A DNA stretch of 64,000 nucleotides from Sedimentisphaerales bacterium (GTDB lineage: Bacteria; Planctomycetota; Phycisphaerae; Sedimentisphaerales; Anaerobacaceae), in contig OY970194.1 in assembly GCA_963708075.1 (NCBI GenBank), positions 5,216,001-5,280,000 of the forward strand. The letters run 5' to 3'. This document shows, one piece after another, positions 1 through 9,018 of this stretch (the first letter of the stretch is position 1; each line of letters starts with the position of its first letter). Both the position numbers and the translations under genes were made by a program. The notes under the pieces were generated by a model, which made no database searches, was not told the DNA's origin, and was given only the letters and a program-made list of their open reading frames with translations.

Positions 1-833
1 ACATTCGCCGAGGAGGCAGATGTTTTTCTCGCGGTGTCGGATGTGAAGGTCCATTACTTCGCGGGGTACTCGAATCCCGTGAAGAACTTTGTGCCGGGCA
101 TCAGTGCCTTTCGCACGGTCGAGCAGAACCACAGCCTGGCCCTGCTCGAGGAATCCACGCACGGGCGCACCCGTGGCATCCCGATCCCGCTCGAAGAGAC
201 AATCCTCTGGCCGCGGATCAGGTGGAGGGCATGGAGTTGATCGCCAGGGGTCGGCCGATCTGGGCGCTGGTGATGCTCAGCGCCGGCACACGGCTGATCT
301 GGGCGCGGTTCGGGCCGGTCCGCGACGTGAGTGCCGAATCCTTCGCCGTGACCGACGAGCGGAATATCCGGGCGGTCACTCCGGCGTCGCGGCTGATCGT
401 GTCGCCCGGCGGGCTTTCCAACGACGAAGATCTGTACATCGCCCAACGGGCCCTGGAATTGACCCGGGCCGCGGTGACGGATGGCGGAGAGGTCCTGTTC
501 CTGGCCGCGTGTCCCAACGGCATCGGCGAGCCGCAGACTCTGGCGAACTTCTACAACCGTCTGACGGCCCCCCTCGATGAGGTTATTCAGTCGATCCGGC
601 AGGACTACGTCCTGTACAGTCACAAACCCTACAAATTCGCCGTGATGATCCGGCGGCTGCGGCGGATCTGGATGCACACGCAGATTCCCGATCCCCTCGT
701 CGAGGCGGCCCATCTTCATCCCGCGCATGATCCCCAGGCGGTGGTGGACGGTTGGCTCGCCGAGCAGCCCGAGGCCGGAATCATCTTCGTCGACGGCGCC
801 AACAAGGTGGCCCTATGGGCCGTTCCAGGGTAA
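1..833 (+). CDS. Lactate racemase (LarA)-domain protein, 5' end outside window; apparent 1-nt deletion near 168
   Basis: Frame 1 reads VKVHYFAGYSNPVKNFVPG; the other frame continues HPWHPDP..DNPLA..SPGG..DEDLYIAQRALE..ACPNGIG, LarA-like motifs. One added C at 165-172 joins them. Confidence 0.7.
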   Translation, partial: IRRGGRCFSRGVGCEGPLLRGVLESREELCAGHQCLSHGRAEPQPGPARGIHARAHPWHPDPARRDNPLAADQVEGMELIARGRPIWALVMLSAGTRLIWARFGPVRDVSAESFAVTDERNIRAVTPASRLIVSPGGLSNDEDLYIAQRALELTRAAVTDGGEVLFLAACPNGIGEPQTLANFYNRLTAPLDEVIQSIRQDYVLYSHKPYKFAVMIRRLRRIWMHTQIPDPLVEAAHLHPAHDPQAVVDGWLAEQPEAGIIFVDGANKVALWAVPG

Positions 834-984
834 GGGTGTGCGACTGCGTTTCGTGGGGAGGGAACAGCCCGTATCTGTCACCCTGAGCGGGGTGACGCAT
901 CTGGGTCACGAACGTAGCCAGCGCTCGTTCGCATGCCTGGCCTGGATTCTTTGGCGCTCTGAAAAGAGCGGCGTTGACGTGCAG

Positions 985-1055
985 GGTGGGTTCTCAACCC
1001 ATGCGTTAAGGAACGCTTCGCTCGAAAAACCGCGTGGGTCAAGGACCCACCCTAC
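985..1055. repeat. GTAG-type REP-like inverted doublet
   Basis: GGGTGGGTTCTCAACCCA...CGCGTGGGTCAAGGACCCACCCTAC; near copy, inverted, at 28075-28149. Confidence 0.75.
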
Positions 1056-1088
1056 AAACTCAATCCACTCTCGCACGACTTCGTTCAT
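1056..1088 (-). pseudogene. Truncated 5' stub of a HEPN-type toxin gene
   Basis: MNEVVREWIE overlaps the end of the MNT gene as HEPN partners do, then runs straight into the REP doublet. Confidence 0.5.
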
Positions 1089-1389
1089 AGAGTACCCGTC
1101 CCTGGTCCAGTGCCTCTCGAATCAGCGGGTCGCCCTGGGCGTACCGCCGTTGCGTGTCGTCCGGGCGCCGAGCCAGCACATCCACGGCAAAGGGGGGATT
1201 CACGCGATTGGTAATCTCAAGCGATTTCCAGAATGACTTACCCTCAAACGGCAGGATCACCAGCAGATCGACATCCGAGTCACTCGTGGCCGTACCCCGG
1301 GCATACGATCCAAAGAGCACCACGCACTCCGGGTCGTACGCCTCGGCGATGCGGTCCACCACGGCCTGAATGTCGGTCATCGCTACCAT
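1060..1389 (-). CDS. Minimal nucleotidyltransferase (MNT) antitoxin-like protein
   Basis: 109 aa with VLFGSYARG..SDVDLLV (GS...DxD) and C-terminal G-x-x-L-Y. Confidence 0.9.
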   Translation of the reverse strand: MVAMTDIQAVVDRIAEAYDPECVVLFGSYARGTATSDSDVDLLVILPFEGKSFWKSLEITNRVNPPFAVDVLARRPDDTQRRYAQGDPLIREALDQGRVLYERSRARVD

Positions 1390-1562
1390 AAAACGTCCTT
1401 CAGCATTCCGATGCCTCTCTCATACACTATCGGATTTCCTGACGTATGGCAAGCAAAGAGCGGTGGCGAGAGGAACTTGGATTCCCACCGTTGCGGGAAT
1501 GACATTCTCGGAATCCGTGTTCATCCGTGTGAATCCGCGTCGGACGAACGGGCGGGTCTGCG

Positions 1563-2030
1563 GGGTGTGGTCGGAATTCGGTGGCGGCGTGTAGCCACCG
1601 TGTGCGGACTGCGCCTCTTTCGTCCCTTACGGGACTGGCTTTTGTCCTCGGCCCCGGTTCCCCAGCGATCAATCGCTGGGCTATTCTCTATCGCCCTGCG
1701 GGCTTGGACTGCACCCGGACCGATCGATCACTATCCCGCAGGTGTTGCAGCTATTCTCTGTCGCCCTGCGGGCTTGGACTGCGTCATGGCTGAGCTTCGT
1801 GATACTGCCAAATTGAAGGCTATCCTCTATTGCCCTTCGGGCTTGGACTTCGCTTCAGTCCTCTTGCGTCGGCCCGTCCGCCCCACGGGGGCGATCGACA
1901 CTAGCCCACCGTTTCAACGGTGGGTACGATAGCCAATCCTATCTCAAAGCCCCGTAGGGGCGAAAGAAGACTGGGCTGCGCTCTTGTGTCGGGTGCAAAC
2001 CGAATCCGCCACCGAATGCCGACCGCATCC
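1563..2030. mobile_element. MITE-like element, copy 1, with REP-like palindromes and three 33-bp direct repeats
   Basis: Ends GGGTGTGGTCGGAATTCGGTGGCGG / CCGCCACCGAATGCCGACCGCATCC are inverted repeats; homologous inverted copy at 41106-42652. No target duplication visible for this copy. Confidence 0.8.
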
Positions 2031-2058
2031 GCTTCCGCCGCGGGCGTTGGAAATGGGG

Positions 2059-2087
2059 GTGACAGGGTGGGGGGGAGTTGGTATAAT
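2059..2087 (+). promoter_or_regulatory. sigma70-type promoter for the GH38 gene
   Basis: GTGACA-N17-TATAAT with extended -10 TG. Confidence 0.6.
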
Positions 2088-2233
2088 GGTCCGGCGCCGG
2101 CTGGGGTCACGGACGGGCCCGGCCGGCCGTGAATCGGGGATTGTCAGGGACCGGGCTGGATTCGTGACATATCCAAGGTATTCCGCTGTCAAGAGTTGCT
2201 CCCATCGCAAGGATCGTAAGGAAAGGACAGGCT

Positions 2234-5200
2234 ATGAGTGCCCAGTGCGCAAATATGAAGGCCGGGCGACGATGGTCGGGTCTGGTGCCCGGGATCGCGT
2301 TGGTTGTCACGGTGTTTCTGGCCGGCGCCGGCCGGGCGCAGACACCGCCGGCGGAGAGCAAGGCCGTCAAGCTCGTCTCCATCAAGCCGACGGTCCTGTT
2401 CACCGCGAGCGGGCAGGAGCTCCGGCAGCTCATGGACGTGGTCATTGAGAATCCGGGAGCGGCGGTGCAGGCGAATCTGGATGTGCGGATCGGATCGTTC
2501 AGTCAGTCCGTATCGATAGAAACGCTTGGGCCGGGCAAATCGACGTTCCACGTGTCCGTGCCGGACATCCGCCAGCCGATGCCGGCGCAGTTCGTGCTCA
2601 AGGTGGACAGCAAGCCCGTGGACACGCGGGAGATGGAATGGCAGCCGCGGAAGCACTGGACGATTTACCTCGTGCCGATCACGCATCACGATCTGGGGTA
2701 CACGGACACGATCGAGAACGTGATGAATCGCTACGCTGGCTTCTATGACGACGTGCTTCGCTTCTGCGACCAGACGAGCGACTTTCCCGAGGAGGCGAAG
2801 TATCGATATACAATCGAAGGGGCCTGGTCGCTGCAGCACTTCATCGCGACCCGGCCAAAGGAGGCTGTGGATAAGCTGGGCGGGTATGTCAAGCAAGGCA
2901 GGATCGAGGTCGGGGCGCTGTTCGGCAACGAGATCGACAGCCTCTGCGGACACGAGGAGCTGATCCGCCTGATGTACCCGTCGTTTCGCTTCAAGCGTCA
3001 GTACGGCGGCGAGATCGACGTCGGCTCGATCACGGATGTGCCGGGCCTGAGCTGGGGCCTGCCGACGGTGCTGGCGGGGGCGGGGGTGAGGTACTTCTTC
3101 GCCGGGCTGCCGACGTACTTCGAGTGGGGCCGCAACGATATTCACACGTTCTGGGACGAGGCGGCGGTCCTGCGTCACGGCCGGCCCGACGCGTTCAAGT
3201 GGCAGGGGCCCGACGGGCAGACCGTGCTCGTTTACTACCAGAGCAGCTACGGGTTCTTCAAGCGAGTCATCGGCCCGGACACGTATGAGGAGGTCATGGA
3301 GGCGCTGCCGGGCATGCTCGACGAAATGGATGCACAGGGCTCGCCCTTCGACGTGATGCGCTACATCCACAACGGCGTCGATAATTACCCGCCGGAGATA
3401 AGGATCAGCACCGTGGTCCGGCAGTGGAACGAGAAATGGGCGTATCCGAAGCTCGTCGTCGCCACCAATTCGATGTTCTTCAGCGCCCTGGAGAAGCAGT
3501 GCGGGGACGTGCGGACGTTCCGGGGCGATCTGCCGCATACGGATTATGTCGTCGGAGCCATCTCGACGGCCAAGGAGACCACCGTCAATCGGTTGACGCA
3601 TGACAAACTGCTCTCGGCGGAGAAGGCCGCGACCATCGCATCGCTGACCAGCGACTACGCCTATCCGGCCGACAAGATCGCCCAGGCCTACGACAATATG
3701 CTCCTCTATGACGAGCACACGTGGGGCAAGGACTACCCGGCGGGCGAGATTCAGGACTGGGGCTGGAACGAGAAAAGCCACTTCGCGTACAAGGCCGCAG
3801 GATTGACCCAGGGCGTGCTGGCCGAGAGCATCGAAAAGATCGCCGGCAAGGTCCGGCTCGAACAGCCGCAACGACACGTCATCGTTTTCAACCCGCTCGC
3901 CTTCGACCGGACAGACGTCGTCCGCGTGACACGCTTCCCGCAGGACAAGCCCTTTGATCTCATCGATAACGAGACCGGCGCGAAAGTCGCGTACCAGATT
4001 GTCGAGATAGACAGCCCGCTGGCCGCCTTGCCGTATGCCCCGCAGCGATGGGCGCGCGGGCAATTCGAAAAGCATGAGCTGTACGATCTCGTCTTCGTCG
4101 CCGCGAACGTGCCGTCGATGGGGTACAAGACGTATCGGCTCGTGCCGCGCGAGGATAAGCCGGCCGGCGAGAGCGGGACAAAGGCGGCGCAGAACACTCT
4201 GGAGAACCGCTTCTTCAAAGTCACGCTCGACGCGAAGACCGGCGCGATCGCCAGCCTCTATGACAAGGACCTGTCGGCCGAGCTGGTCGATGCACAGGCC
4301 CCGGACAAGCTGAACCAGTTCGTGGCCAAGTGGGTCCAGACAGGAAAGCAGGAGGGCCCGTCGGCAGCGACGATTCGCGTTGGGCAGAACGGCCCCGTAT
4401 GCGCCAGCCTGATCTCGCAGAGTTTCGGCGCCGGGTGCCCGCAGATCGTCCAGGAGGTCGTGCTCTATGAGGGCATCAAGCGGATCGATCTGTTCAACCG
4501 GGTCCTGAAGGATTCGACGCCGCAGTTGGAGGTCTATTTCGCGTTCCCGTTCAAGGTGGACGAGCCGAAGTTCCGCTTCGAGGGCACCAACTCGGTGATT
4601 GAGCCATTCAAGGACCAGTTCCCCGGCTCCAATACGAACTACTACACCGTGCAACATTGGGCGAGCGTGTCGAACCCGAGCGTCGGGATCACGCTGTCGC
4701 CCGTGGAGTCACACCTGCTGGAGTTCGGCGGCCTGTGGCCCTGCTATGTCTCGCAGGCCCATCACGGGGCGACGCCCGCGGGCTTCGGCCAGCCGTTCGT
4801 CAAGCCGGAGCAAATGACGAAGGGCCACATATACGCCTTCGTCCTCGACAGCAACTTCCGCACGAATTTCCAGCCCGTCCAGCAGGCGGACATCTTGTTC
4901 CGCTACTCGCTGACGAGCAACAAGGGGCCGCAGGCAAACAGCGACAACCGCAATTTCGGCTGGTCCGTTCACAACCCGCTCATGGGCGTGGTCGCCAACG
5001 GCGGCAGGACCGGGCCATTCGAGGACCGGATGAGCTTCTGCCGGCTGGATCAGGCCAATGTGTTGCTCGTGACGATGAAACGGGCGGAAGATGGGCAGGG
5101 CGTCATCGTCCGCCTGATCGAGACCGACGGCAAGCAGGGGACTGTAACGCTGACGCTGCCGGTGCTGGCCGTCGGCAAGGCCTGGCAGACCAACGTTGTG

Positions 5201-5296
5201 GAAGAGAACCAGGCGGAGTTGCAATCCACGGATCACAGCGTCACCGTGCCCGTCCGGCCCTTCGGCATCAGCACGGTCCGCGTGCAGTTGCGTTGA
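2234..5296 (+). CDS. Secreted glycoside hydrolase family 38 (alpha-mannosidase-like)
   Basis: Signal peptide; THHDLGYTD, DVPGLSWG, LYDEHTWG, FNPLAFDR, LENRFFKV and C-terminal KRAEDG..IVRL motifs. Confidence 0.9.
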   Translation: MSAQCANMKAGRRWSGLVPGIALVVTVFLAGAGRAQTPPAESKAVKLVSIKPTVLFTASGQELRQLMDVVIENPGAAVQANLDVRIGSFSQSVSIETLGPGKSTFHVSVPDIRQPMPAQFVLKVDSKPVDTREMEWQPRKHWTIYLVPITHHDLGYTDTIENVMNRYAGFYDDVLRFCDQTSDFPEEAKYRYTIEGAWSLQHFIATRPKEAVDKLGGYVKQGRIEVGALFGNEIDSLCGHEELIRLMYPSFRFKRQYGGEIDVGSITDVPGLSWGLPTVLAGAGVRYFFAGLPTYFEWGRNDIHTFWDEAAVLRHGRPDAFKWQGPDGQTVLVYYQSSYGFFKRVIGPDTYEEVMEALPGMLDEMDAQGSPFDVMRYIHNGVDNYPPEIRISTVVRQWNEKWAYPKLVVATNSMFFSALEKQCGDVRTFRGDLPHTDYVVGAISTAKETTVNRLTHDKLLSAEKAATIASLTSDYAYPADKIAQAYDNMLLYDEHTWGKDYPAGEIQDWGWNEKSHFAYKAAGLTQGVLAESIEKIAGKVRLEQPQRHVIVFNPLAFDRTDVVRVTRFPQDKPFDLIDNETGAKVAYQIVEIDSPLAALPYAPQRWARGQFEKHELYDLVFVAANVPSMGYKTYRLVPREDKPAGESGTKAAQNTLENRFFKVTLDAKTGAIASLYDKDLSAELVDAQAPDKLNQFVAKWVQTGKQEGPSAATIRVGQNGPVCASLISQSFGAGCPQIVQEVVLYEGIKRIDLFNRVLKDSTPQLEVYFAFPFKVDEPKFRFEGTNSVIEPFKDQFPGSNTNYYTVQHWASVSNPSVGITLSPVESHLLEFGGLWPCYVSQAHHGATPAGFGQPFVKPEQMTKGHIYAFVLDSNFRTNFQPVQQADILFRYSLTSNKGPQANSDNRNFGWSVHNPLMGVVANGGRTGPFEDRMSFCRLDQANVLLVTMKRAEDGQGVIVRLIETDGKQGTVTLTLPVLAVGKAWQTNVVEENQAELQSTDHSVTVPVRPFGISTVRVQLR

Positions 5297-5334
5297 TGTG
5301 ACGTCTATGAGGGTGTTGCTGACAACCAGTGAAG

Positions 5335-5597
5335 CCATCGGCAAGCTGCCGCTTGCCGCTGCCACCCGGCACGGGAATGACAAAAAGGGTACCCGGGCCG
5401 GAACAAGGGCCCAGCCCGGACTCTGTCCCCCTGCGCAAGCAGGGGTCCACGAAGCTTCGGTACTCAGGTGGATTCCTGCTTTCGCAGGAATGACAAAGAT
5501 CGACGTTATGTGTGCGCCGGGTGCCATGTCCACGCTAGCGTGGACATGCCTCATGTGTACAGGGACACATGCTTACGCACGCGTAAGCATGGCACCC
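5335..5597. repeat. Cluster of three REP-like families
   Basis: CCATCGGCAAG..TTGCCGCTGCCACCC (5335-5367); GGATTCCTGCTTTCGCAGGAATGACA (~5470-5494); GGGTGCCATG..CATGGCACCC (5519-5597). Confidence 0.8.
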
Positions 5598-5661
5598 GGG
5601 GTTTCTACAACCCATCGCAGAAAGGTGCAACAATCACCTTTGAGAAGTTGGTGTTTTGCGG

Positions 5662-5690
5662 TTGACCGCCGTGACTTGGGTTTTTAGAAT
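5662..5690 (+). promoter_or_regulatory. sigma70-type promoter
   Basis: TTGACC-N17-TAGAAT about 75 nt upstream of the 5765 start. Confidence 0.6.
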
Positions 5691-5764
5691 CTCGTTCGCC
5701 TCGCCGGGCGAGGACCTGGGCCGGCCGGCATCCGTGGAAATGGTAAGTACAGGAAGGGGAATGC

Positions 5765-7057
5765 ATGCGATTGATCATCGTCGATAGAGCAACCGAGGAG
5801 AGACGTCATTTCTGGCCGCTGGTGCTGAGCCGGCCTATCTGGGACCTGCGCTGCGGGTTCACTTCGCTCGGCGACAAGCTTCAAAAGAAGATTGGCACGA
5901 ACGATCTGGCCTATTTCCTGCCCGCCTACCTGGCAGACGTATATCGGGATAGAACCGGCCACCGGGTCAACGACAATACCGCCCTCAAGGGCGAGGACCT
6001 CCTGATCGTCGATGCCCGCGTGAAAGCGGACAGCCTGGATATTTCGACCGGCGGCCGCAGCCAGGTCGAGCTTGACGCCAATGGCGAAGTCCTGTACGCG
6101 CGCATCACCAGGGCCGATGGGGAGAAACTGCAGGGCGGCGACATCGAGAGCTTCCTGGCGTCGGCCAAAGCGAGTTTGCCCGCCGTGCCGAGCCATCTGG
6201 CCGTCTGGGAGTACACCTGGGACCTGGTCCTGGCAAACCCGGACCAGATCAAGGCCGATTTCGCCGCGGCGGGAAAGCACGGAATCGAGGGGACCATCGA
6301 GCAGCCCAACGCTATCCGCGGCAGTGCGAAGGATGTCTATATCGCCCCCGGCGTCAAGATTCACCCCATGGTGGTCATCGACGCCGAGCACGGGCCGATC
6401 TATATCGACGAAGGCGCCGAGATCCATCCGTTCACGCGGATCGAGGGGCCGTGCTATATCGGAAGGAAATCGATCCTGCTGGGCGCCAAATGCCGCGAGG
6501 GCAACTCCATCGGGCCCTTGTGCCGCGTGGGCGGTGAGGTCGAGGAGTCCATCATTCACGGCTTCTCCAACAAGTACCACGACGGCTTTCTCGGCCACAG
6601 CTACGTCGGCGAGTGGGTCAACCTCGGGGCCTTGACGACCAACAGCGATCTCAAGAACGACTACTCGAACGTTTCCGTCATGCTCGACGGCAAGCGCTCC
6701 ACCGACACGGGTTCGACGAAGGTCGGGTCGCTCATCGGCGACCACACGAAGACGTCCATCGGCACGCTGTTGAACACCGGCTCCTACGTCGGGGCGATGG
6801 CGATCATCATGGCCACCGGCAAGCCGCTGCCGAAGTTCATTCCGTCCTTCGCCTGGTTTATCGAGGGCGTCGTGACGAAAGGTTTCGGCCGGCGCAGCCT
6901 GTACGAGACGGCCGGAATCGCGATGGGCCGCCGCGGCTGCCGCTGGAATCAAGCCCAGGAGGCCATGTGGGAGGCGATCTTCGAGCTGACCGCCCGGACC
7001 CGCGACGAAGCCGTCAAGAAGGGCCGAAAGGCCATGATGAGGTCACAAGGTGCTTGA
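5765..7057 (+). CDS. Putative sugar nucleotidyltransferase/acetyltransferase (GlmU-like, hexapeptide repeats)
   Basis: FWPLVLSRPIWDLRCG N-terminus; left-handed beta-helix repeats; NKYHDGFLGHSYVGEWVNLGALTTNSDLKNDY. Confidence 0.85.
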   Translation: MRLIIVDRATEERRHFWPLVLSRPIWDLRCGFTSLGDKLQKKIGTNDLAYFLPAYLADVYRDRTGHRVNDNTALKGEDLLIVDARVKADSLDISTGGRSQVELDANGEVLYARITRADGEKLQGGDIESFLASAKASLPAVPSHLAVWEYTWDLVLANPDQIKADFAAAGKHGIEGTIEQPNAIRGSAKDVYIAPGVKIHPMVVIDAEHGPIYIDEGAEIHPFTRIEGPCYIGRKSILLGAKCREGNSIGPLCRVGGEVEESIIHGFSNKYHDGFLGHSYVGEWVNLGALTTNSDLKNDYSNVSVMLDGKRSTDTGSTKVGSLIGDHTKTSIGTLLNTGSYVGAMAIIMATGKPLPKFIPSFAWFIEGVVTKGFGRRSLYETAGIAMGRRGCRWNQAQEAMWEAIFELTARTRDEAVKKGRKAMMRSQGA

Positions 7058-7086
7058 GTGAACAGTGCACGTGTGCGGCCCGATCC

Positions 7087-7175
7087 GGGTGGCAGCGTCA
7101 AGCGCAGCTTGGCGATGGCCTTCCCGGGACGCGGTGGAGCCATCGCCAAGGCCTGCGGCCTTGACGCTGCCACCC
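7087..7175. repeat. GGGTGGCAG-headed REP-like doublet (family A)
   Basis: GGGTGGCAGCGTCAAGCGCAGCTTGGCGATGG...CCATCGCCAAGGCCTGCGGCCTTGACGCTGCCACCC; relatives at 36493, 54298, 57201, 61911. Confidence 0.8.
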
Positions 7176-7241
7176 ATCACATGCGTCAGCAGTCGAGGCG
7201 AAACACGTACCGGAGAACAAGTTAGTAACGGGAGGTAACAA

Positions 7242-7502
7242 ATGGCAACAGTGGAAGAACGTGTCAAGGCGGTGACGGCCAGAGTGCTGGGGCTCGACCC
7301 CAAGAAGATCCGCCCGGAGGACAACTTCACGGAGGACTTCGGCGCCGAGAGCGTCCAGTCGATCGAGCTGGTGGCGATGTTCGAAGAGGAGTTCGGCATC
7401 GAGATGGACGAGGACGCGGCCCTGTCGGTAACGACGGTCGGCAGCGCGGTGGACTTCATCGCCAACGTATGCAAAGAACAGGGCGTGGACGTGGAGCAGT
7501 AG
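7242..7502 (+). CDS. acpP: Acyl carrier protein
   Basis: 86 aa acidic; DFGAESVQSIELVAMFEEEFGIE, TTVGSAVDFI; SD GGAGGT. Confidence 0.85.
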   Translation: MATVEERVKAVTARVLGLDPKKIRPEDNFTEDFGAESVQSIELVAMFEEEFGIEMDEDAALSVTTVGSAVDFIANVCKEQGVDVEQ

Positions 7503-7526
7503 CGTCCCGCATCGAAAGGGTCACAC

Positions 7527-8924
7527 ATGAGCACGAGCAAGAAGCGTCACGCGCTGGTGGATGCGGTCCGGCCGAACTTTCTGGAAGACGTCTTTCCGTA
7601 TGATTTGCCTCCGCTGATCCGGCTGAAAGGGCCGGTTGTGGAGCACATCGACGGCCAGCCCGTCCAGTTCGATTTCGCCACGGTCCGCAATCGACCGATC
7701 GTCATCACCGACACGACATTCCGCGACGGCCAGCAGTCCCGGCCGCCCTACACCATCGACCAGATGGTCCACATCTACGACCTGCTCAGCCGCCTCGGCG
7801 GGCCCAACGGCGTCATCCGACAGACGGAGTTCTTCCTCTATACGAAGAACGACCGCGAGACGCTCGACCGCTGCCGGGCCCTGGGCCACAAGTACCCCGA
7901 GTGCACCGGCTGGATTCGGGCGGTCAAAGGGGACTTCCGCCTGGTGAAAGAGGCGGGCCTCAAAGAGTCGGGCCTGCTGACGAGCTGCTCCGACTACCAC
8001 ATTTTCCAGAAGCTCAAGTTCCGCAGCCGCCAGGAGTGCATGGATTCCTATTGCGAGGTGGTGCAGGCGGCGTTCGATGCGGGCGTGCGGCCGCGATGCC
8101 ACCTGGAGGACGTGACACGGTCGGACATCGAAGGCTTCGTCCTGCCCTTCGTGGATCGGCTCATGGAGATGAGCGCGAAGATGCCGGAGGAGCTGAGCGT
8201 TAAGATTCGCCTGTGCGACACGATGGGCTTCGGCATCAGCTACCCCGGGGCCGAGCTGCCCAGGAGCATCCCCAAGCTGATCTACAAGATCAATCATGAG
8301 TGCGGCGTGCCGAGCAGCCGAATCGAGTGGCACGGCCACAACGATTTCCACAAGGTCCACGTCAACGGCGCCACCGCCTGGCTCTACGGCTGCGACGCTC
8401 TCAATAGCACGCTATTTGGCTTCGGAGAGCGCACGGGCAACCCGCCGCTGGAAGGCGCGATCATGGAGTACATCGCCCTCAAGGGCGGCCTGTGCGGCAT
8501 CGACACGCTGGTCATCACCGAGCTGGCCAACTACATGCGATCCATCGGCCTGCCGATCCCGGACAACTATCCGTTCGCCGGCCGCGCGTTCAACGTCACC
8601 AGCGCCGGCATCCACGCGGGCGGGCTGCGCTCGGACGAGCGCATCTACAACATGTTCGACACCGGCAAGCTCCTCGGCAAACCTCCGCGGGTGGCCATCA
8701 CCGACAAGAGCGGCGCCGACGGTGTCGTCCACTGGATCAACGAGTTCTTCGGCCTCAAGGAAGACGACCGCATCAACAAGATCAAGGTGCACAAGCTGGC
8801 CCGTTGGGTGATCGACCAGTACGAGCAGCACGGGCGACTGACCGCCATCAGCGACCAGGAGCTCGAGACCAAGGCCAGGGAGTTCTACCCCGATTACTGG
8901 GCCAAGTATAAAGCAGGCAAATGA
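7527..8924 (+). CDS. DRE-TIM metallolyase, Re-citrate synthase/isopropylmalate synthase-like
   Basis: ITDTTFRDGQQSRPPY, EWHGHNDF, GERTGN, AGIHA motifs. Confidence 0.85.
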   Translation: MSTSKKRHALVDAVRPNFLEDVFPYDLPPLIRLKGPVVEHIDGQPVQFDFATVRNRPIVITDTTFRDGQQSRPPYTIDQMVHIYDLLSRLGGPNGVIRQTEFFLYTKNDRETLDRCRALGHKYPECTGWIRAVKGDFRLVKEAGLKESGLLTSCSDYHIFQKLKFRSRQECMDSYCEVVQAAFDAGVRPRCHLEDVTRSDIEGFVLPFVDRLMEMSAKMPEELSVKIRLCDTMGFGISYPGAELPRSIPKLIYKINHECGVPSSRIEWHGHNDFHKVHVNGATAWLYGCDALNSTLFGFGERTGNPPLEGAIMEYIALKGGLCGIDTLVITELANYMRSIGLPIPDNYPFAGRAFNVTSAGIHAGGLRSDERIYNMFDTGKLLGKPPRVAITDKSGADGVVHWINEFFGLKEDDRINKIKVHKLARWVIDQYEQHGRLTAISDQELETKAREFYPDYWAKYKAGK

Positions 8925-9018
8925 TAGTAGTTGTAGTAGGGGTCGGTCGATGGTCGTTTCGGACGGGAGCGCGTCGCCAAAAGGCTAACGACTGTCGACC
9001 GACCCGAGAGGTTGTGCC

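Noticed and set aside
1680..1851. Bona fide CRISPR array
   Set aside because: Only three degenerate repeats, continuous with a REP palindrome inside a repeated element, spacer 1 shared with another copy, no cas genes; kept only as a finding.
2189..4657. 822-aa minus-strand ORF and similar long antisense ORFs (22053-24275, 37620-39134, 52665-54158, 58895-60628)
   Set aside because: Shadows of well-supported genes on the opposite strand in high-GC DNA; no recognisable motifs.
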